Source: Callorhinchus milii
Taxonomy: Eukaryota
DNA: 64,000 nt
Assembly: GCF_018977255.1 (NCBI RefSeq)
Contig: NW_024704743.1
Location: 37,574,001 to 37,638,000, forward strand
Reading direction: 5' to 3'
The position numbers were made by a program, and so were the translations under genes. The stretch's first letter is position 1, and each line of letters begins with the position of its first letter. Below, in pieces: positions 1-11,120 of this stretch. Under the pieces are notes generated by a model, which worked only from the letters and a program-made list of their open reading frames with translations, had not been told where the DNA came from and ran no database searches.

Positions 1-764
1 GGCACGTAGAGATGTGCTTGGAGATAGAATGGACCATCTTGTAAAGGGATTAACTTTCATGTCGTGATTTTTTTCCTGAATGTCTATCCCAATTTCCACA
101 TGACATAGCAAAGGCAGTGCAACATGTCATTATTTGAGCATTTCAAAACAAAATCTAGATCGATATCTACCTTGAAAGTTATGTGTCCCTTTATGTCGTG
201 CATCTCTGGATCTTTGGGAAGAAACCTGCGAGGTAGAATCTTTGGTGTTACTATTTTAATCGCTGTTTTCTACCCAGGCAATTCGAAGTCTAATTTAAAG
301 TTCCTGTAACAGTTCCTGTGAGTCACTGTAGCCCAGAGCGTTTGCTTCTTATGTTGTCATGGCAAAACAACTCCCACATGCTTAGAACAACGTGAATGAT
401 GTCACTCGAACATCACAGAAGACCTTCTGCTCTCGATCACTATAGCTGGGTCTCACTGGGCCTGATCGTCATGTAAAGAGTGTGTGATATCTAACGTAAA
501 CTCACAATCTCATCCCTTATGCACTTTTCTGTGGCGTCCCACATTGGGGGTAAGCATTACATCCAGGAGCTCTCCTGTGTGTATTACCAACACCAGCAGC
601 AGACACTATTTGTGTTTGCATATTTGTTTGTACGATTGTTATAACATTTTAAAAATAATTCTTTTTTACATAAGAAAAGAAACAGTAGCACTTACCAAGC
701 TATGCAATAAGACAAGCCATTTGGCTTGAGAGTACAGACTATGTAGAAAATGTGCCCATGATAT

Positions 765-1200
765 TGAAACCTCTTGAGGTGCTCCCCAGGTAATTGTTGC
801 CAAGTGTATGGCTGCGCATTGGTACACAGTGTGTGGCTGTGCATTGGTACACAGTGTGTGGCTGTGCATTGGTACACAGTGTGTGGCTGTGCACTGGTAC
901 ACAGTGTGTGGCTGTGCACTGGTACACAGTGTGTGGCTGTGCACTGGTACACAGTGTGTGGCTGTGCACTGGTACACAGTGTGTGGCTGTGCACTGGTAC
1001 ACAGTGTGTGGCTGTGCACCGGTACACAGTGTGTGGCTGTGCACCGGTAGACAAATGCAGGGCCAATTTGTGCACAGGAAAGTCCTATAAACATCAATGG
1101 TGAACAATCAAGTTATCTGGAGGATTCTTGGCCAGAACACACTTTTCAAATGGCATCATAACGACTTTAATGCCCACTTGAACAAACAGACAGGACCTTG
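765..1200 (-). mobile_element. Decayed Deu-domain SINE hosting the minisatellite
   Basis: gccaatttgtgcacag...ttggccagaacac...ctttaatgcccac matches the minus-strand SINE copies at 21260-21558 and 50600-50845. Confidence 0.6.
803..1052. repeat. Minisatellite, 10 x 25 bp (AGTGTGTGGCTGTGCAYYGGTACAC)
   Basis: Ten head-to-tail units counted directly, with no spacers. Confidence 0.97.
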
Positions 1201-1489
1201 GATACATCTATCTTGTCATGGATTCTTTCACTAATTATTATTAGTATTACTCTAATTATTATTCCAAAATTTCTTTTGCTGATAGTCTGCATTCATCTGC
1301 AGTACTCTACGTGCAATTTTCTTTTTGTTTAATCTCTAGGTTCCAGATGCAAATATTTTGCACTGTACTTTCCAGTTCTGTGTTTATAGTCCAAATCTAA
1401 TAATGTGCATACATTTACATTAAACCCTTGGTAACTCAACATTCTGAGGGTAAAGGGCTCAGCAATTAGTTATCCAAAGTGGATAGTAA

Positions 1490-1715
1490 TAATATTAATA
1501 ATAATAATAATGAACCTTGAATTTGATATAGCACCTTATCATGTCTTTGAGATGTCTCAAAGTGCTTCTCAGAATATATTGTAAAGTGAATTAATTGTAT
1601 ATTTTATGGGCGCAACACGGCAGCCAATTGTGTACAGCCGTGTCCCACAAACAGTCATGTATTGAGTGACCAAATTATTATTATTTTTTTGAAGGAATTA
1701 TTACCCCTGGAAAAG
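1490..1715 (-). mobile_element. SINE family A, 3' half
   Basis: Reverse complement of the (ATT)n tail and the gctgtgcgcaattggctgcc core. Confidence 0.85.
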
Positions 1716-2799
1716 CAAAAAGTGTTATAAGAGGCTATCAAAATGCACGATCACGATAAAGAAAAAATGTCATCTGCATTAGATCTTTTTGAGTGAATTC
1801 ACGAATAGCTGAAAGTTATTGAATTTGGATAATCTTGGTTCAGGCTGACCTATTTCTTGATCAGAAAAATAGTTATTGTGTGCACCCAGAGCTAATCTGC
1901 TGTGTTCCCTATCCCACATTTCAACAGAGTGGTCACGGTCTGTGAGGAGAATTGGGAGAGGGGGGTGGGGGGTGGGGGGGGTTGCAGTGTATGACTAGAA
2001 TTAAACAGGCGCAGAAATGCTCCTTCATAGCAGGGAGATGGAGTTACAAGATCTGCTCAGATCTACTAACTTGTGGAGCGGGTCTGATGGGCTGAGTGCC
2101 CTCCTCCTCTTTCTACGTTCATCAGAATTATTGCTGCGTCTTGAAAAACAGAATGATACTAAATTCTATTGAGTCTGCACTCCAGGAACAAAATACTACC
2201 ACCTACATATTGGATGATATCATGCCTCCTCCATACCATTTGCCGGCACATTTAATTTTTTAGCTCTACACTGAGGAGAAAGCAAAGGCACAATAATGAC
2301 ACTTGAAGTATCACACTTCGATCCATTTTGTTGCGTGTGTGGTGGTATAATTACCACTTTCCCTCAGACTACTGGAAGATCAAGGGAATTCGAGACTCCC
2401 CCGGCTCCTCTTTTTTTTCAGTTTTCATATTATATATTGTGACGCAAACAAAATGTAATATTGCAACAAATATTACTGTGATAGTGACCCTCTTCCATTA
2501 AAATAAACACCATCATACTAATCATACTAATTAAAATTTTCTAATTTTGGCAATTTTACAAATCACAAGGTCCATTTGATCCCGTCCTGCCAATGGGATT
2601 TAACCTTTGTTTATAAGGTACTACTTTCGGACCCTGTTATAACAGGTAAGTTTATAATGAGGTTGCTCTGTGGATCCGCATATACCAGCCAGTTTCCTGA
2701 ACATGCCTGATAGACACAGACAGCATTAGTGGCATGCCAAGCAATTGCTGGACACGCATGTGAGAGTGGTTGCTACTGAACGGCCCGCTTTCTATCGAA

Positions 2800-3150
2800 T
2801 GTAAACATAACTGTAGAGTAAATAAGGAGAAATTATTTCCTCTGGTGGGTGGGTTGGTAACCAGAGGACACAGATTTAAGATAATTGGCAAAGGAACCAG
2901 AGAGGAGAAGAGGAGAATTTTTTTTTATCCAGAGAATTGTTAGAATGAACTGCCTGAAAGGGTGTTGGGAACAGATTCGATAGTAGCTTTCAAAAGGGAG
3001 TTGGATAGGGACTAGAAAAGGAAAAAATTGTAGGAATATGGGGGAAGAGCAGGGGAGTGGTCGTAGTTGGATAGCTCTTTCAAAGAGCTGGTTTTGACAC
3101 AATGTACCAAGTGGCCTCCTTCTGTGGTGTAAGATTCTAGGATCCTATAA
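2800..3150 (+). mobile_element. CR1 LINE 3' fragment
   Basis: Encodes TRGHRFKIIGK (end of CR1 ORF2), followed by the 3' UTR tggcctccttctgt...gattcta. Confidence 0.85.
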
Positions 3151-3547
3151 CTAGCTTTTCTCAGAGCGCTTAAAGTGGCAGAGTCTAATGCCGACCCAGG
3201 GGAGGGAGGGGGTGCCCGTAAGCACGGTCGAAGAGGAAGGTCTTCAGACGCGATCTAATGGTGGAGCGGAGGGCACGTGGGACAAGCAGGAGGCTGAAGC
3301 TAGCTGAGTGGAGGTGGCGGGTGGTGGAGTGGGGAGTAAGCAAGTCAGAGTGGCAGGTAGGTCAGGTCAGGAAGGGATTTATATAGCGTCATTCACATGA
3401 AATAAATGTCTCGAAATATTTTACAAAATATAATTGATTAGAAACAACTTGTATTTATTCAACACTTTCACATAGTTAAACATCTCAAAAAGTTTTACAG
3501 AGATTGAATGAGAGCCCGAACAAAGAATGTAGGTGGGAGACGACTGA

Positions 3548-3843
3548 AGGACCTGGGTTCGATTCCAAGGCAGGGCGAAACCTTAGGCAAGTTTCCTTTC
3601 TCCACATGCCTCTGTTTACCTTGTAGTAAGTAGGAACCCGGTTGTCAGATGATTGACGGATTGCTTTTCCGGGGGTGAAAATCCCTTCAAAAAGATAATT
3701 TGGTCACTCAATTTACGACTGTTTGTGGGACACTGCTGCCACAAAATGTACAGTCAATTCACTTTACAGTATATTCTGTGAAGTTTTTTGAGACATCTCG
3801 AAGATATAATGAGGCGCTATATCAAATGCAAGATTTATTATTA
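3548..3843 (+). mobile_element. SINE family A, 5'-clipped
   Basis: B box ggttcgattcc, family body and ATT tail. Confidence 0.9.
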
Positions 3844-6096
3844 AGGAACATTTACAGAGCTGTTAGATGAGTTTTGAAAGCAGAGAGGGAGGGAACAAAG
3901 TGGGGGATTTATGTCCAGAAAGGTGGGTGGGGGTGGTAGCTGAAGGGTGGTGGAGTGGAGCGCAGAAGAAGTGGCAGAAGAACAGGATGGCAAATGATAA
4001 CAGAGATGGTGTGGAGGAACAACGTGGAGTGAATGATATAAAGACAAATGCTTTACGAAATTATCAAAGTATTTCCTTTGTGGAATCCTTCACCTGATCA
4101 GATGCAGGACAAGTGGTACACTGGTACTATTTTTCTCTGGACATTTGTTTGAATCTTCCCACTGCAGACATCAAGCGACTAGTTAGCAGGAAGAATTGTA
4201 GTGGACAAATTTGAACAAAAAATCTTTAACCAGATGAATTTTTGGTGTGTGGCGCAAACAAATTGTAAAATGTATTATGAAGAACTATGAGCGAGATTTA
4301 TGGTGGACATAAATCAAATTCCACAGGCCTCCGTAAAGTAGGTGGCAAAAAGATTGCTTCGTTTTATCATTGAATTGTAGTGGAATACTTCGGGATTGCT
4401 GCTTTGCTGGAGGTGATATGTCCAGATGAGGTGTTAAATCAAACACAAAAATTAAAAGGGGAGGTTAGAAAAAAAAAATTTACGCAGAGAGATGTGGAAC
4501 AAGCTGTTGTTGAATGGGTGTCCATACATTCTTAACATGACAGGCGATGTTGAAAAAGAATAATTTTAAAGGATATGAGAAATGCGCAAGCAGGAGAATG
4601 GGATTATGAAAGAGATGAGGATCTTATCTTTTTAGAATACTCAGCAAACCATCCTCCCATTATAACATCACTTGTTTAATAAAAATTAGATTCATGGTGA
4701 GAAAAATACCAATGTGGACATGTTGTGCCTAGTAACCTGTTTCGGTGCTATAACAATTTTTGATGTTATGGTATCTTGTGGCATGAGTTGCTATCAAATA
4801 AATAAATATCAAATACTTTATAGTGAAACCTCAAGGTAGAGTGTGTTGATTAGCAATATGTATTGCTCCTGTTGTGTCTTACTTTTAAATCCCTCCACGG
4901 TCTTGCCCCACACTACCTTTGTGACTGGAGAGCACAGGATAAGAGTGGGAAATTGGGTTAGGATGATTGTTACTTGGAGGAGCAAACACCTACATAGGAA
5001 TAAAATGGGTCAAGCGGCCTCCTCCAGGGTTTTGTGCATCCTTAGGTTATCATGCGTAAACATTTGCATAAATATAACCTGAATATTAGAGTAAGTACCT
5101 CAGACTGCAAATCACCTCAAAGCCTTAGTTTGGTATTTCTTGAAAGTGAAAACAAATTTTGTTCCTTCACCTCAGGGATGCAAATATCCTTTACATATTT
5201 TATGTGGCGTTTAAAGCCTTTTTCACCTTAATCCACCAAAGAATTTTCTTAGCATCTTAAAATATTGCTTCGAGCCGCCAAACAGCACAGGAGAATGTGT
5301 TTTTTGACACACTTAAACACAACAGAGGCCTCAATACAATAAAACAAATTCAGCAGCTCAGATAATTAACTTAGATAATAATAATAATAATGCATTTGAT
5401 TTAGCATCTTATCAGGTCTTTGAGACGTCTCAAAGCACTTCATAGGCTAAACTGTGAATTGTAAAGTGAATTGATTGTATATTTTGTGGGCGAAATAAGG
5501 CAGCCAATTGTGCACAGCAGATTGCAGTTTTGAGAAGAGTTTCTGGATGAATATTGTGCTGGTCTATCCTAAATGCCCTTTGTTTTTTCAGCATGTATGT
5601 CATTGCCCATCATGCAAAAACGTAAGAGTCTGCAGAAAATAGAGTGCAAGAAGTTCAAAGCAAAATAACTGTGTGGTGTGCCCTGCAAGGCAATGAATCT
5701 GCAGGGAAGAGGCAGATTTTTTTATTTGACGACAGCAGTGGTCAAACTCGACAGAGGGACACAATGGAGTCTAACATGCGGGTTAAGTCTAGTGATGTAT
5801 CAACTATCATGAGGTGTTAGAGGTGTCCTCTATCCCCTGGCACTGTTTTCAATGCTGTTGTCCATGAAGTCAAGTCATCTGTTCACCTTTTTGGCTCTTT
5901 GAAGGGCATTTAACTGCCGGTTAGCAAGCTTTTTACTAAAATGGACAAAAAAGCTCAGGAAAGCCACTGCCTCACTAACTGTTGTGCAGTTGGGCTGCTG
6001 CATTCAGCTACAAACAGTCACATCTTCACAGTAAATCCCCGTGAAGCACTTTGGGACATCCTCCATCAAACGCAAGAATTATTATTTTTATTTTTA

Positions 6097-6280
6097 CAGT
6101 GAAATTCGTTTAATTGAATATTGGATAATTGAGTAGTTGAGTTTATTGAATAGAATTTACATTTGCACACCTAATTAAGAATAAAGTCTAATTAATTGAA
6201 TGCTGGATATATAAATCATTTGTTTTTTGAATAGTTTTCTCCCATGAAAATTCATATAAAATTCAATTAATCTGAGTCCG
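6097..6280 (+). mobile_element. Tc1/mariner (Tigger-like) MITE remnant
   Basis: Starts ta|cagtgaaattcgtttaattga and has repeated ggataattga/ttattgaa subterminal motifs. Other end not resolved. Confidence 0.4.
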
Positions 6281-7609
6281 GAAAAACTCATAGCCCCAAG
6301 TCACTACCTTATACAGGCAATGTGAACGTCATTGGTGTCCTCGCCTTCTTCTCCCCTCTCCTCGCCACATTTCCAGAGAGATCATTGGATTAGTCAGATA
6401 GCTGATGAGGAAACTCTGAGGCTTGAGGTGACAGGTATTACCTTGAGTTCAGGTTCATGAACACACATTCATACATCTAGGGTTTGGAATCCACCTTGAT
6501 GATTCGCAGTGAGGTTAATAGCTGCTGTTTAAGAGCCACACCTCCAACTGGAGGAACCATCGTTCACTACTAATGACAGACCAGGCAGCCTGGCTTACCG
6601 ATAGAACTTGGAGGGGAAACCTGTAAACTAAGCCAACAAACTGGAGGGTAGTTTTAGCTGGACAAGCGGTGAGAAATAAAACATTTTATTTTGATTTTGA
6701 AGGCTTTTTATGGATCACTATCAAATTACTATCAAAATAATAAAGGTATTTCACAGTTTTGGTGTGTGAACTGAGCAGGTTAAAAATGGCAGGTCAAGTT
6801 AGTCTAGAATTTCCCTAGACATTCCTTCATCTAATGATTGACATTGTATACTGTATATTGTTGTAAATATTATTATTTTTGAACCCACTGAACAGTAAAT
6901 AATTAAAAACAGATTTTCTAATGTACTTGAGACTGTGTTCATCCATTATTCAGTGTTACCTTACCTTTGAACTGAAGTGTCATGGCCAGCAGTAACATAT
7001 CTATCTACTTATAAGATATTAGCCAGCCTCACCTATGGAGATACTTAATTACTGTTGGATAAATCATTTGTTCAATGTTAGACTTTTAAAATATTTTGTC
7101 AAGGAATCCTGATAGTCTTAAAATCACTTTAAATGAAACAAGAAGTCATTAACGTTGTATCCATCCTAGGCTATGGTTCCTTTTCATTTTGTGTGGGAGA
7201 CAGATGGTAAGATATTTGCCCTCTACTCTGAAACAGGGCTTGCTTTTTTCTTTTCTACTCTACCCCACTACGAGCAAGATTTAGAATCAAGTACCTTCAA
7301 AGACATCTTTTGCAGAACTATGCTTCAAAGAAGAGGAAAGGAAGCCTTGTTATTGACTCTGTGGTTCACTGCAATGCTGTTTTGTATTATTGACCTGACA
7401 GATGTCATGAAACCTGATACTGTTCTCTTTTTGTTAAAGTGAACACCTTCTAAGAAGTAGTAAGCTCCTTACTATTGTGGTAGGAACAGTCAGATCTGTA
7501 CAGTGGGTGGACATATGACCCTGAGACAGATGGACATTAATATATACTATACTTTATGAAGGTTGCACATGTGATTCAGCTATAAACATTTAGCTATTTG
7601 GCTTGGAAA

Positions 7610-8070
7610 TCATAGAGTAGCGTTACAGAATAGAAACTGGCCATTTGATTTAATTCCTCTCTTCTGCTTACTCCCTTAACCTTGTACCCTTCAATATTCT
7701 TTTTTCATGAATGAATGCACCCTTCAGTGTTACTTTATTTTCAAGGATCTATCTAGTTCCATTTTAAAGTAATTTACATCTGTTTCAACTACAGTTGGTG
7801 GCAGAGAATTCAACATTACGGCCACCCTCTGTGTAAAGATTTATTTTCCAACCACATATCTAATTATCTGTTGTGATTAACTTTAATTTGTGCACGCTTA
7901 ACACTGACCTGCTGACCAGTGAAAATAATCTATTATTCATACTATCAGACCACTCCTTAATCTTCTCAATTTTGTGGAAAAAAGCTCGAGCTTCACTAGT
8001 CTCCTTTCATAACTTAAACCCCTTGACCTCATGACATCCTAGTAATTCTTCACTCCATCTTCTCCATTAT
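7610..8070 (-). mobile_element. CR1 LINE 3' fragment, old
   Basis: Reverse complement of the CR1 tail and the FTQRV-like ORF2 end (accctctgtgtaaa). Confidence 0.7.
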
Positions 8071-8309
8071 TTTTGTTCTATTTTGTAAACATTTACAAAG
8101 AATGTACAGTAAGGAAACAGGCCACTCGGCCCAACAATGTTTATATGAAAGCAAGCACTGAAGAAGGCTGTGAAAAGTGATGATACAATAAAAAAAACCT
8201 CAAGGAAAGGTGGGTCCTACTTATTGCTGTCAATAACTTTGGTGCTCTACAAAGTCAATATCCACTGAGTGATGTATCTCTGCTTTAGGACCCATGAAAA
8301 AAAACATAT

Positions 8310-8865
8310 GTGGAGTCCTGTAGCTTAGTGGTTATATAACTCGCCTTGCAAGCGAGAGGACCTGGTTCGATTCTCAGGCAGGGTGAAACAATGGGCAAGT
8401 TTCCTTCCTCCACATGCCTGTTTACCTAGCAGTAAATAAGAACCCGGTTCTTAGTCGATTGATGGATCTCTTATTCGGGGATAATAATCCCTTTTAAAAA
8501 AAAGTAGTCACTCAATCCTGCCCGAGAGGCCAATTTGATAACTACTTTTAAAAACGCGGTGGACGGGTATTTGAGGAGGATGGGTTTGCAGGGTTATGGG
8601 GAAACGGCTGGGGAGTAGGATTGACATTACATTGCTCTTTTCAAAGAGCCGGCACAAACTCGATGGGCCGAGTGGCCTCTTTTTGTGCTGTATGATTCTA
8701 TGAATCCACGACTGTTTGTGCGACACTGCTGTGCACAATTGGTTGCCGCGTTTTGCCCACAAAATATACAGTCAATTCACTTTAGAGTATATTCTGTGAA
8801 GCTCTTTGAGATACCTTAAAGATCTAATAAGGTGCTATATCAAATACAAGGATTATTATTATTGT
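8310..8865 (+). mobile_element. SINE family A, full length, interrupted by a CR1 3' fragment (8519-8702)
   Basis: tRNA-like head with A and B boxes. SINE body resumes after the insert. AATCC is duplicated at 8514-8518 and 8703-8707. Confidence 0.9.
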
Positions 8866-9004
8866 TATATATCTTGCTCCTGGACTGAGCATATCCCAAA
8901 GCAATGACACGTGGACTTGATGGGGATGTGCTTCTCAATGATGAATCATAGAACGTTTTAAAAGATGCTCTAGGCTGTTAGTCCTCTACAAGGAGATGAT
9001 AGCA

Positions 9005-9335
9005 GCAAGATCACAAGATTGGATCCAGTGTCAACCACTCTTCCTGGCAACCTGTTCCAGTCATTAACCCACCAAGTAACGAAAACCTTCCTGGTATCTG
9101 TCCTGAAATTATCCTTTGAAACTCTGATCAAATTTCCTCTACTGTTTTGGATTCATCCTAATGTTTTGGGTTTACTTTTCAATCCAACTTAAAATTTCTA
9201 CAACTCTATAAGATCCCCTCTGTGACATTTCGTGTAATCATTGCTCATAGCTGATCCCTCTAACACTGGGGTAATTCTCGTTGTCCTGCTCTGCACCCAC
9301 TCTAGGACCTGGGCAGCTCCCTTATGTCACATAAC
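9005..9335 (-). mobile_element. CR1 LINE fragment
   Basis: acaagatcacaag tail and cctggcaacctgttcca motif, shared with 14255-14615 and 41430-42100. Confidence 0.7.
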
Positions 9336-10761
9336 TAAGCAATATTCTACCCTGACTATCGAGACATCTCATTGCACTTTACAGAATATGCTGTAAAGAG
9401 GATTAAATTGACTGTAACTATTAAATCAACGTCAAAGCACCTCCTGCCTGTGGAGACGTGTGCTTTGTACAGAACAGCTTAAATATTCTGAAGCAAACTG
9501 GTCTGCTCTCCACCTAGATGGAGGGAAAGATACAGCATTATGAATGAATGCATTCATTAAGCGAAATTCTGATGCCCGATCTATTAGTATTTCTTGTATT
9601 ATCCAGTTCATCACAATTAAGCCAAGACTGATGGAGAGTGCACTAGACCATGGAAGATATGTAATAATATGCTTGCAGCTCATCAGTATGGCAGTACATT
9701 CTCCCCATGTCATTGCTGTGGTTGTGTTTTGGCAACTCTGTGTTTTGGCAACTCTGTGTTTGGCAAGTATTAATATCTCCCAGGTGTTTGAAGTCTAGAA
9801 ACTGCCAGTTTTGTCATTCTTCAGCGTGGACCATCTGTCGTGGTATGTTTTGCTCCGTTTTTAGTAGTTCTCACTTGCTTCGAAAGCTTTATCTTGGCTC
9901 ACTATAGCAATGATGTTTATGTATTTTGGGGCCAGGAGTATTTGACTTCAGGCCCAGATAATGGGTGCACCGATCTACATTTCTGCTTCTACCGTCAGTA
10001 GATGATGGTAGCCAGAGAAGGACAGAGTCCTCTGTTACAAGAACAGAGGAGCAATCCTAGAATTTTGAAGGTTTTGGCACAACCTAATGGGTTGTGGAAG
10101 ATTCTCTGTGGCATTCGATGGTGGGAGATGTTGGAGGCCCTTACGTGCTGAGACGTGAAGCACCATCAGTACACAGCATGTGATCGCCTCACCGTGCTGA
10201 ACTGTAATGTGTAATTTGCCAACACGTTGGGAAGTACCATTATGACTTTTGAAAGTCATTTAATTTATGACATTTGCAAAATGGCTACATGCAATTTCCA
10301 AACAGTGATTGTGCAAAGACAAACACCAAAGAGAAAACCCATTAACCGCTCACTCTCTAACCTTTTCCTGGCACTTTGATGGCATTTGAAGGTGGCAAAG
10401 AACCATTTTGCAAATATTGCAAATTGGACACGATTCTATAAAATGCTTTTTAAGTTCATAATAAATTACGAGGTTGTAAAATCAAAGGCGCACATTTGTG
10501 CTTGTAGGTAAAGTAGTTTAAGGTTTCAGTGCTACAAACACTACTCGAGTGAAGGGAGGTATATAAATGCAAATTATTGTTGATCCAAAGTGAATTCTTA
10601 AAATGGGATTTCCTCTTCATAATTGACATCATCAAGGTTGGTAACTGTGCAGGCCAGTCAAATTTGTAATCCAGTGAGATAGTGGGAGTGCATTTAAAAC
10701 AAGGCCTGAACAGAGTCTACAGTGGACTTGTGCTATCCCAGTCTTTATTGGTATTCAATTT

Positions 10762-11120
10762 GTGGAGTCCAGTAGCTCAGTGGTTAGAGCTGAGGATGCA
10801 TCGAGAGGACCTGGGTTCAATTCCCGTGCAGGGCGAAAGGTTGGGCAAATTTCCTTACCCTACACTCTTGTTTACTTAGCAGTAAATAGGAACCCGGTTG
10901 TTAGTCGATTGGCGGATTGCTTTTCCGGGGATAATAATCCCTCAAACAAAATTTATAATTTGGTCGCTCAGTCCACGACTGTTTGTGGGGCACTGCTGTG
11001 CGCAATTGGCTGCCGCGTTTTCCCCACAAATATACAGTCAATTCACTTTACCGTATATTCTGTAAAGCGCTTTGAGACGTCTAGAAGAAATGATAAGGCG
11101 CTATATCAAATACAAGGATT
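10762..11120 (+). mobile_element. SINE family A, full length (tRNA head, Deu-like core, L2-like tail)
   Basis: A box tagctcagtgg, B box ggttcaattcc, core gggcactgctgtgcgcaattggctgccgcg, tail aagcgctttgagacgtc...aaggcgctatatcaaat. Confidence 0.92.

Noticed and set aside
666..1107. Six overlapping Cys/His-rich ORFs; superficially CRISPR-like periodicity
   Set aside because: All arise from a stop-free 25-bp tandem repeat. There are no unique spacers, no cas genes, and the context is a vertebrate intron.
9722..9766. Short tandem duplications (also 12491-12525, 21085-21116, 23030-23056, 40145-40184)
   Set aside because: Ordinary slippage products with no sign of function.
10762..10840. tRNA-like sequences here and at 8310, 14623, 33775, 44540, 48275, 55915
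   Set aside because: Each continues into the same SINE body and the anticodon region varies between copies. They are SINE heads, not tRNA genes.
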